Shown here piece by piece: positions 37,418 to 47,936 of a DNA stretch of 64,000 bases. The translations under genes were made by a program, and so were the position numbers. How positions within the stretch are numbered: the first letter of the stretch is position 1; the number at the start of each line of letters is the position of its first letter. This DNA is from a virus (taxonomy: Duplodnaviria > Caudoviricetes). The notes under the pieces are model-generated. The model was not told the DNA's origin. It made no database searches and worked only from the letters and a program-made list of their open reading frames with translations. The stretch spans positions 1,045-65,044 of the IMG/VR virus record IMGVR_UViG_3300003691_000004; one strand, 5' to 3'.

Positions 37418-37821
37418 ATGAAGACCTAGCAGACATGCTCCAAGAGCAATCGCTTGAAGACATGCTGCTTTTTCTGATCGAAAATGGATTGCCCTATGAC
37501 GCTGTTTACGGATTCCACGACGGATGGGATTTCGAACGGCTTTACAGGGCTTTCCTATACTTCAAAACTCGCGAGACTGAAAACCTGAGAAGCGCAGCAC
37601 ACGCAGCGGTCATCGGTGCTTCTGTTATGGGGTCCACCAAAGGGTGGGAGTCATTCATGAAGAAGACTGGCGAGGTGTTGTCAGGGATCAAAGGTGAACG
37701 CTTCGACGGAGATGAGCGTTGGACGCGTCATGAGAAGCAAAAGAAAGCCGCAGATTTGACACGTCAATTCCAGAAGCTTGCAGGCTTGGTCGTTGGAAAG
37801 CAGAAAGGTAAACAACTGTGA
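37375..37821 (+). CDS. tail assembly chaperone frameshift extension (GT-like)
   Basis: -1 frame relative to 36872 ORF; overlaps TMP start. Confidence 0.75.
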   Translation: MESSVRERGESTEVDEDLADMLQEQSLEDMLLFLIENGLPYDAVYGFHDGWDFERLYRAFLYFKTRETENLRSAAHAAVIGASVMGSTKGWESFMKKTGEVLSGIKGERFDGDERWTRHEKQKKAADLTRQFQKLAGLVVGKQKGKQL

Positions 37822-40640
37822 CAGCGATATCAGTAGGCTCACTAGAGGCGGAGTTCACGCTCGATATTACGGAGCTGAAGGAGTCTTTGCGTGAGACTAA
37901 ATCCAAGCTAAAGGAATTCGCCGATGACGTAGATAAGCAAATGAAAAAGTCCACTAGGGCGACCAAGAAGTTTGTTAGGGCTGCAAATAGGATAGCTCCG
38001 TCTATAGCCAGGGGGGCTAGAGCTTTAAGCTTAATGGCTAGGACGGTGTCAGTTCTAAAGGGGGCGCTAGTAGCGGCAGTTGCAGGGTTCGGTGCTCTAA
38101 AGTTAGCTGGGCTGGCGGCTGAAGTTAGTAACGCCGAGCAGTCGTTTGGCACGCTAACTAGGAGTATCGGAGGTGACGCCACAGAGGCGATGGCCTTGTT
38201 GAGAAAAGCCACCAAAGGAACGGTGGACGACCTAACGATCATGCAGCAGACAAACCAGGCGATAATCCTGGGTGTTGGTAAAAACGTCCAAGAGATCGCT
38301 AAGTTAGCAGAGGCTGCACGTAGGCTAGGTAAAGCGACAGGTCGAACAGCGGCTCAGGGCATGGCTGACCTCGCCGTGGGAATCGGACGTCAATCACGTC
38401 TCATCCTAGACAACTTGGGTATCATAGTTCGAGTGGAAGCTGCGAACAAGAAGTACGCCGACTCTATAAATAAGACAGTAACAGAACTAACAGCTCAAGA
38501 GCTACAAGCGTCCTTTAACCTCGCAGTAATGGACGCTATCGACGTGAAGCTCAACAAGCTTGGCGAGGACACGTTAACATTCGCAGACGTGTTCGCTAGG
38601 GCTAACGCCTCGATGACTAACTTTTTCACGAACTTAGCAAGGAATGTAACTCCAGCGCTAACAAACCTTGGCAACACCTTACAGGCGATTGACGGAAGTG
38701 GCGCGTCTTCGCGACTCGGTACGGCGCTAAGTGACGTATTTGATAGCATGGCTGTTTTCGTTGGGGCGAATTCAAATCGCATAACGAACTTCATTAATAC
38801 GTTAGCTGTTGGTTTTGGCGTACTCCTAAAGGTGATAAAAGACTTCTCACTAAACACCTTCAATGACTTAATGTTGATACTTAGCGGTGATACGACAAAA
38901 GCTGGGGAGGGACTCGGAGGAGTGGTTGGAAGGATTCTGGCTATACCTTTCAAGATAGGCGTCGAGCTTGCTCACGGAATTTTCGCTGCTTTTCAAAGCC
39001 CAGAAGCAGCGGCTGCGATAAAAGCTTTCGCTAACGCCATGAAGTCTGAGTTCTTAGGCATAGGCCCTAGTAAGGGTGAAATTGGAGTACTACAGAGCGC
39101 ACTAGACGGCGCTACTAATTTGTTTGTATCGAGTTTCTTCTCAGGGAGGGCTAGCTTTGGAGGGGGAGCGCAAAGAGAAAGAGCAGCCCAGGCAGCGATC
39201 GAACGATCCAGGGCCAGGAAGTTTGGCGCTAAAGCTGTCGTTGGCAAATTGGTTGCTGGTACAACTGAGTCAATCGACAGCTTTATAGATAGAGTTAAGA
39301 AAGCAGTCAATCTTAAGCCAACATTCGACAAAAGCTTAGTTAGTAGATCTGAAGCCTTAAAGAAGGCTACTGAAGAGTTGGCGAGGTTGTCAAATGAAAC
39401 ACCTGAGTCACTAGCGAAGTCTACGGACAAGTTTGAGGATCTAAAGAATGCTGTAAATGAAGTCTCCGCAGCTATCGGTTTGTCAGGCTCAAGGGGTGCT
39501 AAAGAATTAGTAAACAAGACTCAGTCCGAGATAGATCGACTAGAGCAGGCGAGGGAAGCTGCGAAGTTCATTGGCGGTAGTCCGAACGCTGGAGCCGCAC
39601 AAATCTTTGACGCTATATCAGCAAACCAAGACGCTAGGAATAGACTCGCCTCTATAGAGGCTGCGGCAGAAGCTGAGGGGAAGCTTACAGCCGCAAGGGC
39701 GATACAGGAAAAGCAGGGCCTAGCTCGTCAAGCTAGGTTGAAAGAGGAGAAGATCGAACTGCGCAACGCTGCGGATTTCCAAGCGCGAGCGGCGTTAGCT
39801 GACAACCAGAACAAGAAGCGATTAAAGTCGTTGATCGGAGATGTTACCGAAGGTGAGTTTTTACGGCAGTCGATCGCTATTGGAAACATAAAGCTCAGTG
39901 AGCGAGAAAACGACTTAGTTGAGAAGTCACTAGGTTTCATTGAGGCTAGGCTAGATAAGACTGGGATCGTTGGCGATGCCAGGGAGTTAGAGCTAGCGAA
40001 CTACAAAGAGCTTCTAGAACTAGCTGCTAAGATCACAGCAGAGATCAAACGCCGCGAAGCCGCGACCCGTGACGGAATAAAAACCGCGAAAGAGCTAGCA
40101 GACGCTGAGGGGAAGATACTCAAGGAACAGCAGGACGCCTTAGTCGAGACTTCCAGGGCTCTAGCTAAAGACGTTGGATTTGGACTGTTAGACGCTTTCA
40201 GGGAAGGTTCCTCAGCGGTCACAGCGCTAGCGGACGCGTTCACTAACGCACTAGAGCGACAACTAGGTCAACTGTTAGACAACATGGCGAAAGACTTAGC
40301 CCTCCTATTGGAGGAGAGTATCTCAACGTCTATGGGGAAAGCGATCAGCGGAACACTCGGCGTCGCTGCTTTGATCGGGCTAGCCGCATTAGATAGATCA
40401 AAGAACAAAGGGTCCGAAGAGCGAGAGCTAGCGTTCGACGAGATCGCAACGGACTCAGCTACAGCTGTTCGTGGCGTAGTTGCGGGGCCAGAGAACATAG
40501 CGATCGGCCAAGCCGGGAACGCGATACGTGAAGCGAATCGGGGAGTCGAAAGTCTCCTGTCTGATATTTTGAACCAACTACAAGCGATGTCTGGATTCGG
40601 CCTTGAGCCGGGCGGCGTCGGGTCGACAGGAGCAGTGTAA
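37818..40640 (+). CDS. tape measure protein
   Basis: 940 aa Ala-rich helical; VGSL..EF.LD N-terminus; GRQS..ILDNLGI motif. Confidence 0.9.
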   Translation: MTAISVGSLEAEFTLDITELKESLRETKSKLKEFADDVDKQMKKSTRATKKFVRAANRIAPSIARGARALSLMARTVSVLKGALVAAVAGFGALKLAGLAAEVSNAEQSFGTLTRSIGGDATEAMALLRKATKGTVDDLTIMQQTNQAIILGVGKNVQEIAKLAEAARRLGKATGRTAAQGMADLAVGIGRQSRLILDNLGIIVRVEAANKKYADSINKTVTELTAQELQASFNLAVMDAIDVKLNKLGEDTLTFADVFARANASMTNFFTNLARNVTPALTNLGNTLQAIDGSGASSRLGTALSDVFDSMAVFVGANSNRITNFINTLAVGFGVLLKVIKDFSLNTFNDLMLILSGDTTKAGEGLGGVVGRILAIPFKIGVELAHGIFAAFQSPEAAAAIKAFANAMKSEFLGIGPSKGEIGVLQSALDGATNLFVSSFFSGRASFGGGAQRERAAQAAIERSRARKFGAKAVVGKLVAGTTESIDSFIDRVKKAVNLKPTFDKSLVSRSEALKKATEELARLSNETPESLAKSTDKFEDLKNAVNEVSAAIGLSGSRGAKELVNKTQSEIDRLEQAREAAKFIGGSPNAGAAQIFDAISANQDARNRLASIEAAAEAEGKLTAARAIQEKQGLARQARLKEEKIELRNAADFQARAALADNQNKKRLKSLIGDVTEGEFLRQSIAIGNIKLSERENDLVEKSLGFIEARLDKTGIVGDARELELANYKELLELAAKITAEIKRREAATRDGIKTAKELADAEGKILKEQQDALVETSRALAKDVGFGLLDAFREGSSAVTALADAFTNALERQLGQLLDNMAKDLALLLEESISTSMGKAISGTLGVAALIGLAALDRSKNKGSEERELAFDEIATDSATAVRGVVAGPENIAIGQAGNAIREANRGVESLLSDILNQLQAMSGFGLEPGGVGSTGAV

Positions 40641-41432
40641 ATGACAATCGGACAATTCATTGGAAATTTCCAACTAGACGACGTTTTGACGTTTGCATTC
40701 TTGCGTCGAGGTGAAGATGGAACGCAAGGCTGGGCGACTGAAGCTCCAGCTTTCTACGACGTAATGGAGCTAAGCTTAACAGGGGCAGCTCCAGCTGTGA
40801 TTTTCAACAACGGAGCAATGACACACAGGAGCGTGCAGGTCAGCGAGCTTTACTGCCCCAGCGGTACATTAGAGACATTGAGCACCGCGAACGGCTACGA
40901 AGAAGGTCGGACCTACGTGGTGGTTGTGAAGTCTGATAACGACGCGATCCCGACACTTGCATCTATGATGCACTTCAGAATAGACGTCCAGAAGTCAATT
41001 GTCGATGACACTCAACTACTGTTCGACGTTGAGACCACAGATAGCGCAGCGGAAACGAAAGCTAATTCAACCATAGGTCGCTTGCAGACCCTCGAAAGGA
41101 ATCATGAAGATGTCATCTTCCCAAGAACTAAACGACTACTTGGATTACTTGGAGAGCACCAGCTCGTCGATGGATATCTCTATGACGACGACGGTAACCC
41201 CACTACTTTGCGAATTAGAATCTTCGACACTCTCGCAAATAAGGACGCAGCTTCAATCTGGCGCGACCGTCAAAACGACGCCGACCCCACGGCGGGCTCA
41301 CTTGAAACCGGAGAAATTGCAAGATATAGCTCAGTCATTACAAGCCTTCTGCCCAGGAATCTAAGAACAACCTACCAACAAACAATCGACTCTGAGCAGA
41401 TCGACAACAACCACACAGGATCGGTGATTTAA
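40641..41432 (+). CDS. tail-associated protein
   Basis: Follows TMP. Confidence 0.6.
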   Translation: MTIGQFIGNFQLDDVLTFAFLRRGEDGTQGWATEAPAFYDVMELSLTGAAPAVIFNNGAMTHRSVQVSELYCPSGTLETLSTANGYEEGRTYVVVVKSDNDAIPTLASMMHFRIDVQKSIVDDTQLLFDVETTDSAAETKANSTIGRLQTLERNHEDVIFPRTKRLLGLLGEHQLVDGYLYDDDGNPTTLRIRIFDTLANKDAASIWRDRQNDADPTAGSLETGEIARYSSVITSLLPRNLRTTYQQTIDSEQIDNNHTGSVI

Positions 41433-42379
41433 TGCACGCTCAGCGCTTTTGCGACAACAACACTGCGACGTTGGCGTCCGTAAACGCGCTGACTCATTGC
41501 CCGCAGCCACCACACTGTATCCCAAGGCGGTCTGGTGAACCTCTCAGTTACGTCGCTGTCGAGAATGACGACTTAGCCACCAGGACATTCACTCAGTCAG
41601 GATTAGTCTACGTCGCCTACGTAGGGGCTAATCCGTGGCTTGAGGATGTCAAAAGGTTGTGGGTGGACACGAACGACGGTAACGGGCTGCAACTATTCTA
41701 CAGGTCAACAGATGCAGCAGTCGCGAGCGCGACGGCAGTGGATGGGGAGTGGTCGTTCCAGGTCGCAAGCAGCTTCTTGTTGATACACTCAAAACTAGGG
41801 AACCCAACTAGCCAAGGGTGGACGATAATCCGCGATGCCGACGTGGCTGTGCACGCAGACCACCACAGCACAAGGAACCTGCAACGACACAGATGGATAT
41901 CTCACCCAGCTCTAGGTGAGTTCGAGTACCCGTCGCCGCCAAATAGGACTGTGAACTATTGGAGGTCTGCGATCCGTGGGTATGACGTCCAGGCTTCGAA
42001 GACCCTCCGGGGCTCTGTGACAACTAGGGACATCCAGCAGTGGGAGGACATTGTAATCACTGAGGTCTGGGAGGGTGGTGGTGACCGTGTGTCGATGCTT
42101 GCGGAGTTCTTCGATGCCCTGCATCTGGTTATGATTACAGAGCCAGCAATCGGTAGATATGTCGGTTGGGCTCCGCAAGACCTGAGTTACCAACGCCACA
42201 TGATACTACCGCTCGCAATAACTGTCGGTAGCTCAAAGGGTGGGGTAGATATCAAAGAATGGCGAGCTAGGCAGAACACAGCCGTCGATTCCTACATAGA
42301 CAACCAGGTGAACTTTAGCTTTCGACTGATAAGGCCAGCCAGGCTAGTCGACTCATTCCTTATCGCTGGAGGTTGGTGA
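41432..42379 (+). CDS. tail protein (distal tail-like)
   Basis: Position and size. Confidence 0.55.
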   Translation: MHAQRFCDNNTATLASVNALTHCPQPPHCIPRRSGEPLSYVAVENDDLATRTFTQSGLVYVAYVGANPWLEDVKRLWVDTNDGNGLQLFYRSTDAAVASATAVDGEWSFQVASSFLLIHSKLGNPTSQGWTIIRDADVAVHADHHSTRNLQRHRWISHPALGEFEYPSPPNRTVNYWRSAIRGYDVQASKTLRGSVTTRDIQQWEDIVITEVWEGGGDRVSMLAEFFDALHLVMITEPAIGRYVGWAPQDLSYQRHMILPLAITVGSSKGGVDIKEWRARQNTAVDSYIDNQVNFSFRLIRPARLVDSFLIAGGW

Positions 42380-44298
42380 TGTCGAGTTTGATACCATTAG
42401 AGCCTGTACAGAACGCTGTCTCATTCCGTGACCGAGTCTCAATAAAGCTGAATAGATCTGGGACGGAACTCCTCAACCCCATCGCTGGTAGTGACCGAAA
42501 TGGTAACGGCGGCGTCGGTGGTCACGGAGTCCAGTTAAAAGGTCACCTGCAAGACGCTGCCGAAACAGTCGACTCCGCGACGGCGCGAATCGTCGACGAC
42601 GACGGTGTGTCCATCTCAACTTACAATTTCAAATCTGAACTATCTCTAGATATATCGAACTTGTTATTTTCTGCGAATTTGATCGCTGGCGTGCACTTGC
42701 CAGTAGGCCGAAACGAAGTGACGATCTCGTTCAACACGGGTCGGATCATCAAGCAGCGAATCTACGTCGCCGAAAACCTGCACGCTGTAGCAATCAACGG
42801 TGAGACGACAACTGAAACGGTTCCGGTCACGATCTTCATGGAGGCGATCGACGGTAATATAGAGGTTAGCTGGGGTGTTAGTTTTTACCCGAGCTGGAAC
42901 GACGAGATCGGTCGTCAGCACGGCGCGAATGTAGAGGCGCTAGGTGGCGCGATCGTGAAGCCTTACGGCGGCGCGAAAACGGTAGAGATCTATCGCGTGG
43001 GGGCGGTGCATTTATCTGAGCGTAACTGTGAAACCTTGAACAGGATGTCATGGACCCCAACAGGGTCTGGAGAGATCCAAACATTCGAGTGCCGATTTAG
43101 AAGTCTAACAGGGTCTGCGAATTGGGTTTGGGCTCAATTCAAGGTTAAGTTCGTCGCTTGTCCAGAAGAAGGCGCTCCAGTAACAACGGTAACTGAGACC
43201 TACGACAATAACCCGAAGATCAACCTCCCCACAACTCCGCCGGACACCCCGAGAATCCCACCAGAGGACGGATACGTCCACCCTGGACCAGGCGATGAGG
43301 TTAGGGTCCACGTTGCAGATATCGGCCACAGGCTTGGCGAACTCACAGACGCGGCGACGGGTCGAATTCGACTGAGAGGTTACAAAGGCGGAATTTCAGA
43401 CGACGGATCAACGATGCTGTCAGGTGTCTACACTGGTGAGCAAATTGTTGCGATCGCCACAGTAGACGTTGGAACAGACGTGACAATCACTTTAGCTTCT
43501 GGGGACATTGGTTCCCCAACCATGGTGGTTGCTGAGATACAAGTCGACGATGGAGCGGGAGGATGGATAAGTGGTAACTCGATCATCCACTACCTCGACG
43601 AAAGTGACGTGGGTAGTCTTCCAGACGCTCCAACAGTTTCGTCTGTCAGTTTCAGCTACGGTACAGACACGTTATCGTATACGTTAGACGATTACGGTTG
43701 GATTAACGAAGACGTCACCCTACACATCAAACCACTCTCCTCAGTCATTGCGAACAAGTCTGGCTTAGTCCAAGTCGTGGCTGACATGGGGATTGAAACA
43801 GGAGGAGCTGAAACGACGAGTACAGTCCTTTACTCTTCCGGCACTGGAGCTAAGACGTTCGCCTACAACACGACGAACAACGAGGCGATTTGTGTGTGGT
43901 TTACGAATTCATACGGAGCCTCTTCGACGATCTCGTTCTTCGACAAGAGTGTTTCGAATGGGAACGTAATCAAACAAGGGCCGACGATTTCAGCAGCTTC
44001 CCTACAGGGCGCTCTTACGCCGAGGAGCCGAGTAGACTTCACACTTGACGCCGACGGCGGACACTTATCAAACCTCACTCCGGTCTTAATAATCGTGGAC
44101 TCCGCGCAAGATCAAGTGCAGGTTACGATGTCTGCGATCACAACAGGCTCAGGTTCGAGATCGTTCAACCTCAATACTGGGCACGTAGACATCGACGGTC
44201 ACTACTACTTAGGTCTGGTTGGTGCGCAAGGTGGCATGGCTTCGAACATGTTACATATCGACAACACAGTTCTAGGAACTAACACACTTCTAGCTTAG
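42373..44298 (+). CDS. tail protein with Ig-like domains
   Basis: 641 aa beta-rich, L.VG.N..TI motif, Pro-rich linker. Confidence 0.6.
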   Translation: MVMSSLIPLEPVQNAVSFRDRVSIKLNRSGTELLNPIAGSDRNGNGGVGGHGVQLKGHLQDAAETVDSATARIVDDDGVSISTYNFKSELSLDISNLLFSANLIAGVHLPVGRNEVTISFNTGRIIKQRIYVAENLHAVAINGETTTETVPVTIFMEAIDGNIEVSWGVSFYPSWNDEIGRQHGANVEALGGAIVKPYGGAKTVEIYRVGAVHLSERNCETLNRMSWTPTGSGEIQTFECRFRSLTGSANWVWAQFKVKFVACPEEGAPVTTVTETYDNNPKINLPTTPPDTPRIPPEDGYVHPGPGDEVRVHVADIGHRLGELTDAATGRIRLRGYKGGISDDGSTMLSGVYTGEQIVAIATVDVGTDVTITLASGDIGSPTMVVAEIQVDDGAGGWISGNSIIHYLDESDVGSLPDAPTVSSVSFSYGTDTLSYTLDDYGWINEDVTLHIKPLSSVIANKSGLVQVVADMGIETGGAETTSTVLYSSGTGAKTFAYNTTNNEAICVWFTNSYGASSTISFFDKSVSNGNVIKQGPTISAASLQGALTPRSRVDFTLDADGGHLSNLTPVLIIVDSAQDQVQVTMSAITTGSGSRSFNLNTGHVDIDGHYYLGLVGAQGGMASNMLHIDNTVLGTNTLLA

Positions 44299-44306
44299 GG
44301 GTAGCA

Positions 44307-45971
44307 ATGGGCGTCGACGCTCTGCGAGGCACACAACTAGATGCGTTATGGTCTAGCGACCAAGAGCGTCGCCCAGCCTTCGCTGTGTATATATGGAACC
44401 CCAGACAGGTCACGATCCAAGACGTCGTTAAGGGTGAGTGGCTCGGTGCTCGATTAGACATTTCCGATTTCGTAAAATCTCTACAGGTTTCACAAAATCA
44501 GGTGTTCGAGAACTCTGAGGACGCTGTCTCTTCGAGGTGTTCCCTAGTAATCGAGCACTCGACTGAGGGGATGGTTGTAGGTAATGGCCGAAGGATCAGT
44601 ATCGATCAAGATCTATTCCGAGACGGCACTGCGATCCAAATCGTAGAGGGTGACCGAAGGATTCACCGAGACGGTTGGCCTCCAATATTTACAGGTGTTA
44701 TCAAGGGGTTCCCATCCGCGAACACTGCGCTTAGAGGTGAGTCGAGGAAGATTAGAATTCAGTGTTTCGGTAGGGCAGCTGTCTACCAGAAGCAAATAAT
44801 CGTAGGCCAGTCATGGCCGTTCGACACAGACCTTGGTGACATGGCTGTCTCGGTAGCTATGGAAGAGTTAGCTCTCGATCGTGAAGAGATCCGATTTGGT
44901 GAGTTTAACTTCAAGACTCAACACAAAGCGAATCAGCTCACGCAGATCGGTAAAATGCAGGGGCTGTACGAGATCATGAAGCACGTCGACCGGAAGCCAT
45001 ACTTCGACGCTTCAGGGTTCTTGGTGTCACACGACACAGACTTCGATAAACCGCCAACGTACATCTACAACAAGTCTGTGTTAGTGAAGTCGATCAAGAG
45101 GTCGCAGCAACTGAAATCGATCGTGAACTCGGTTGAGGTTACAGGCCTTAACTCAACGATGGATAAGATCACTCAGCCGGTTAGGGATATCAAAGAGGTC
45201 ACAGTAACTACTGGTTACTTCGACCATTCGTACCGTGAGAACTTCTACTACTCAGACGATCGCACTCGGCGAGTTCAAAACACTTCAGTCCACCGCAAGC
45301 ACGGCGGAGGGCTCGGGCAAGATGTTGAATGGCTTGAGATCGATGAGTTCCATGGCCGACTAACGATAGACACGGGTTACGCCCCGTGGATAGTCCCGTT
45401 GATCGTAGCTGTTTGGGTTCTCATAGCGATTGCAGAGTACGTCTTAGATGAGTTGATCTCACTGCTGACGTCCGCGTCGCAAGCTGAGGCTGTTATACCA
45501 TTGACGGTCATGAGGTTGACGTTACAGATGTCAAAAGCCGCCACAATGGTAACGCTACTAACGACACTGACGAAGCTAGGTCGTTACAGGATCACCATCC
45601 AAGGCGAGCCGTTCGAATACGTTTACCAAGAGAACCGTGCGATCGCGGCGCTCAAGGGTGTGCACGTCGCTGACATGAACGAGCTAAAGCTGACAATGCC
45701 TTGGCTCAACACACCTGAACTCTCAAAAGAGAAAGCTAAAAAAGCTCTACGGCGAGAGCTTGTAAAAGGGCAGCAGTACACGATCGCGCTGTTCAGTAAC
45801 GGGCTCTTAGAGGTGGACGACATTGTCGTAATCCGCGACCCTAAACACCTACCAAACGATAAGTACTGGCACTTCTATATCAACACGATCCAGAAGTCAT
45901 TCACCAGGGGAAGCGGCGACGCCGAGATGCAGATAACGGCGTGGCACTGCAAGTCAACGGACTCGGTATGA
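44307..45971 (+). CDS. tail hub/tip protein with hydrophobic insertion
   Basis: IFTGVI, I.C.GRA, PYFD.SG.L, N.VEVTG, LEVDD.V hub-like motifs; hydrophobic WIVPLIVAVWVLIAIAEYVL. Confidence 0.65.
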   Translation: MGVDALRGTQLDALWSSDQERRPAFAVYIWNPRQVTIQDVVKGEWLGARLDISDFVKSLQVSQNQVFENSEDAVSSRCSLVIEHSTEGMVVGNGRRISIDQDLFRDGTAIQIVEGDRRIHRDGWPPIFTGVIKGFPSANTALRGESRKIRIQCFGRAAVYQKQIIVGQSWPFDTDLGDMAVSVAMEELALDREEIRFGEFNFKTQHKANQLTQIGKMQGLYEIMKHVDRKPYFDASGFLVSHDTDFDKPPTYIYNKSVLVKSIKRSQQLKSIVNSVEVTGLNSTMDKITQPVRDIKEVTVTTGYFDHSYRENFYYSDDRTRRVQNTSVHRKHGGGLGQDVEWLEIDEFHGRLTIDTGYAPWIVPLIVAVWVLIAIAEYVLDELISLLTSASQAEAVIPLTVMRLTLQMSKAATMVTLLTTLTKLGRYRITIQGEPFEYVYQENRAIAALKGVHVADMNELKLTMPWLNTPELSKEKAKKALRRELVKGQQYTIALFSNGLLEVDDIVVIRDPKHLPNDKYWHFYINTIQKSFTRGSGDAEMQITAWHCKSTDSV

Positions 45972-46315
45972 TAGAGGGCGACTTCGTAAATATCGTCTAC
46001 AAGGTGGATAAGTTCTACAGGAGAAATTGGTCCGTTGAGATCTTGAAAGTTCCAGGTCGCATAAGAGCGATTGAGGGTGAATCTGCTTGGGTTTACTTCT
46101 ACGGCGAGGCAACTCACTTTGGTAGGCTACCAGGGGGGATTTCGCTTTACTGTGAAAAGCGGAACCTCGTAGATCTTGAGATTCGCCAAGAGGAGATGGA
46201 CGACCCTATGGAATTCTATTGGGCTGGAGAGTCGGCTGGTTTAGCGTCTGCGGTCAGAGACACACCTCTGTCGAAAAAAGAAAGCCTAGTTTCACGGCTG
46301 AAGAGGGAGGATTAA
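45968..46315 (+). CDS. hypothetical protein
   Basis: ATGA coupling. Confidence 0.55.
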   Translation: MIEGDFVNIVYKVDKFYRRNWSVEILKVPGRIRAIEGESAWVYFYGEATHFGRLPGGISLYCEKRNLVDLEIRQEEMDDPMEFYWAGESAGLASAVRDTPLSKKESLVSRLKRED

Positions 46316-46318
46316 CAA

Positions 46319-46993
46319 GTGTCCCAACTAGCGACGATCAGCGACATCAAACAGCTCGCTGCGATCGAGGCTTTGTCCGCCAATAGAAAGATCCTCGGAG
46401 TCACGTTAACTCAGGCGAGGTACGAATCATTCCCAGATGCCAGCGACCCCACGTCGGTCAAAGAGTTCGTAACGGACATCTTCGTTTTGAACTCGCCGAC
46501 GCAAGCGGTAGTCCTAGGTCTTGCAGGTGGATACCGCAGAATCAACAATGTTTTGATCGGTACGACCGCGCAAGGTGATTTGATTAGCGACTTTAACGTC
46601 CCTGTTGAAGTTGTGAAAAACTCCACGGGGCAGTTAATGATCATCGGGCGGGCAAAAGTCTCGCTCCCGACGCTTCGTGTGGACGAGTATGGATATCGTG
46701 ATCTACAGGTCGGCCACATATCTGAGCTTAAATACGTGGACGGGAGATGGATCGATCCATTTGGTTACCCAGTTCTGCCTTCACACACTTCCAGCGACTT
46801 CGGAGCTGTTGTAAGCTTGGAGACGTCAGCAGCTGGCAGACTGTCTCGGTTTGACGAGTTGGACAAAGACGACGACGGGAACGTCATCGGACTAGATATC
46901 AATCCATTCCAAAGGACGATCGTAGAATCGCCCAGGATTTGGACAGTCAACGCCACTGAGACGGTTGGCGTAACCGAAACGGAGACAACCTAA
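46319..46993 (+). CDS. tail-associated protein
   Basis: GGAGG RBS + GTG. Confidence 0.65.
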   Translation: MSQLATISDIKQLAAIEALSANRKILGVTLTQARYESFPDASDPTSVKEFVTDIFVLNSPTQAVVLGLAGGYRRINNVLIGTTAQGDLISDFNVPVEVVKNSTGQLMIIGRAKVSLPTLRVDEYGYRDLQVGHISELKYVDGRWIDPFGYPVLPSHTSSDFGAVVSLETSAAGRLSRFDELDKDDDGNVIGLDINPFQRTIVESPRIWTVNATETVGVTETETT

Positions 46994-47919
46994 TGGCATT
47001 TAACGCGCCGAGTTTAAACCAAGTGGCAGCAGCAGACACTGATTACCGCACCAAAATAAACAACAACACCACCTCAATTGAGGATGCGTTCAACTCAATT
47101 GAGACCACATTTGCGGCATCGCAGGATGGCACGGCGGAGCAGATCTCAACGGATCACTACAGGCGCACAGCTGGTAGCGATCCGATCGGAGGGGTGATCG
47201 GTACGCTGTCGTGCGTGTTCGACGGATCGGTCGCTGATGTCGTGACGTTAAAGGCCTCTAACTTGGACTTGTCTAGCAACGCCGTCATGAGTGGGACGCG
47301 CAGGTCGAAGATTGGTGACATATCAATTGATTTGACAGCACTAGGCCTCGCAAACGTCAACGACCAGACGATATTCGTAGGGCTCAACACACTATCCTCA
47401 GCGAGCTTCGACGGCGTGGCCGCGTCGCTAGCCTCAGGTATGGCCCTTGCCCTATATGAGGTCGTGGTGGACGTTGCAGCTGGTGTCTACACTGTGACGA
47501 AGGTGAAGCGCGTCCCGAGGACATTGATCTGGGACAACACGGTGCAGCAGGAGATGCTAGAGCGCCCACAGACGTTGACCTATTCGATCTCAGCTATGGC
47601 GGCGTCAGAAGACTTCCTCTTCCCGTTGCCGTTTGACTGCTCGATTAAAAAAATGTCGTGGTTTAATAAAACGGCCTACGTAGCGACGCTATCGGCGATA
47701 GAGATAAAAGATTCCGCTGGCGCAACGAGCTACCTGACAATCACGCAGGCAAACCCAGTAGCAAACACGGTATACTCGGCGAACGTGTTGGCGATCTGGG
47801 ACGGAGTTGTTTTCGCGGAGGGCACCGTGCTAGAAATCAGTAGAAGCGCAGAAGGCGTATCCTCGGACGCGATCTTCACAATTGAACTCTTACCCGCTTA
47901 CAATATGCCTACTCAATAG
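46993..47919 (+). CDS. tail fibre/receptor-binding-like protein
   Basis: KIN.N...I N-terminus; C-terminal beta domain; last tail gene. Confidence 0.6.
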   Translation: MAFNAPSLNQVAAADTDYRTKINNNTTSIEDAFNSIETTFAASQDGTAEQISTDHYRRTAGSDPIGGVIGTLSCVFDGSVADVVTLKASNLDLSSNAVMSGTRRSKIGDISIDLTALGLANVNDQTIFVGLNTLSSASFDGVAASLASGMALALYEVVVDVAAGVYTVTKVKRVPRTLIWDNTVQQEMLERPQTLTYSISAMAASEDFLFPLPFDCSIKKMSWFNKTAYVATLSAIEIKDSAGATSYLTITQANPVANTVYSANVLAIWDGVVFAEGTVLEISRSAEGVSSDAIFTIELLPAYNMPTQ

Positions 47920-47936
47920 TAGGAGAATCGTAATCC

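Noticed and set aside
37688-40660. Long antisense ORFs within tape measure and other structural genes
   Set aside because: Shadow frames of coding genes; no RBS or recognisable motifs.
27055-47919. Diversity-generating retroelement or fibre shufflon
   Set aside because: No reverse transcriptase, invertase or duplicated variable/template regions seen.
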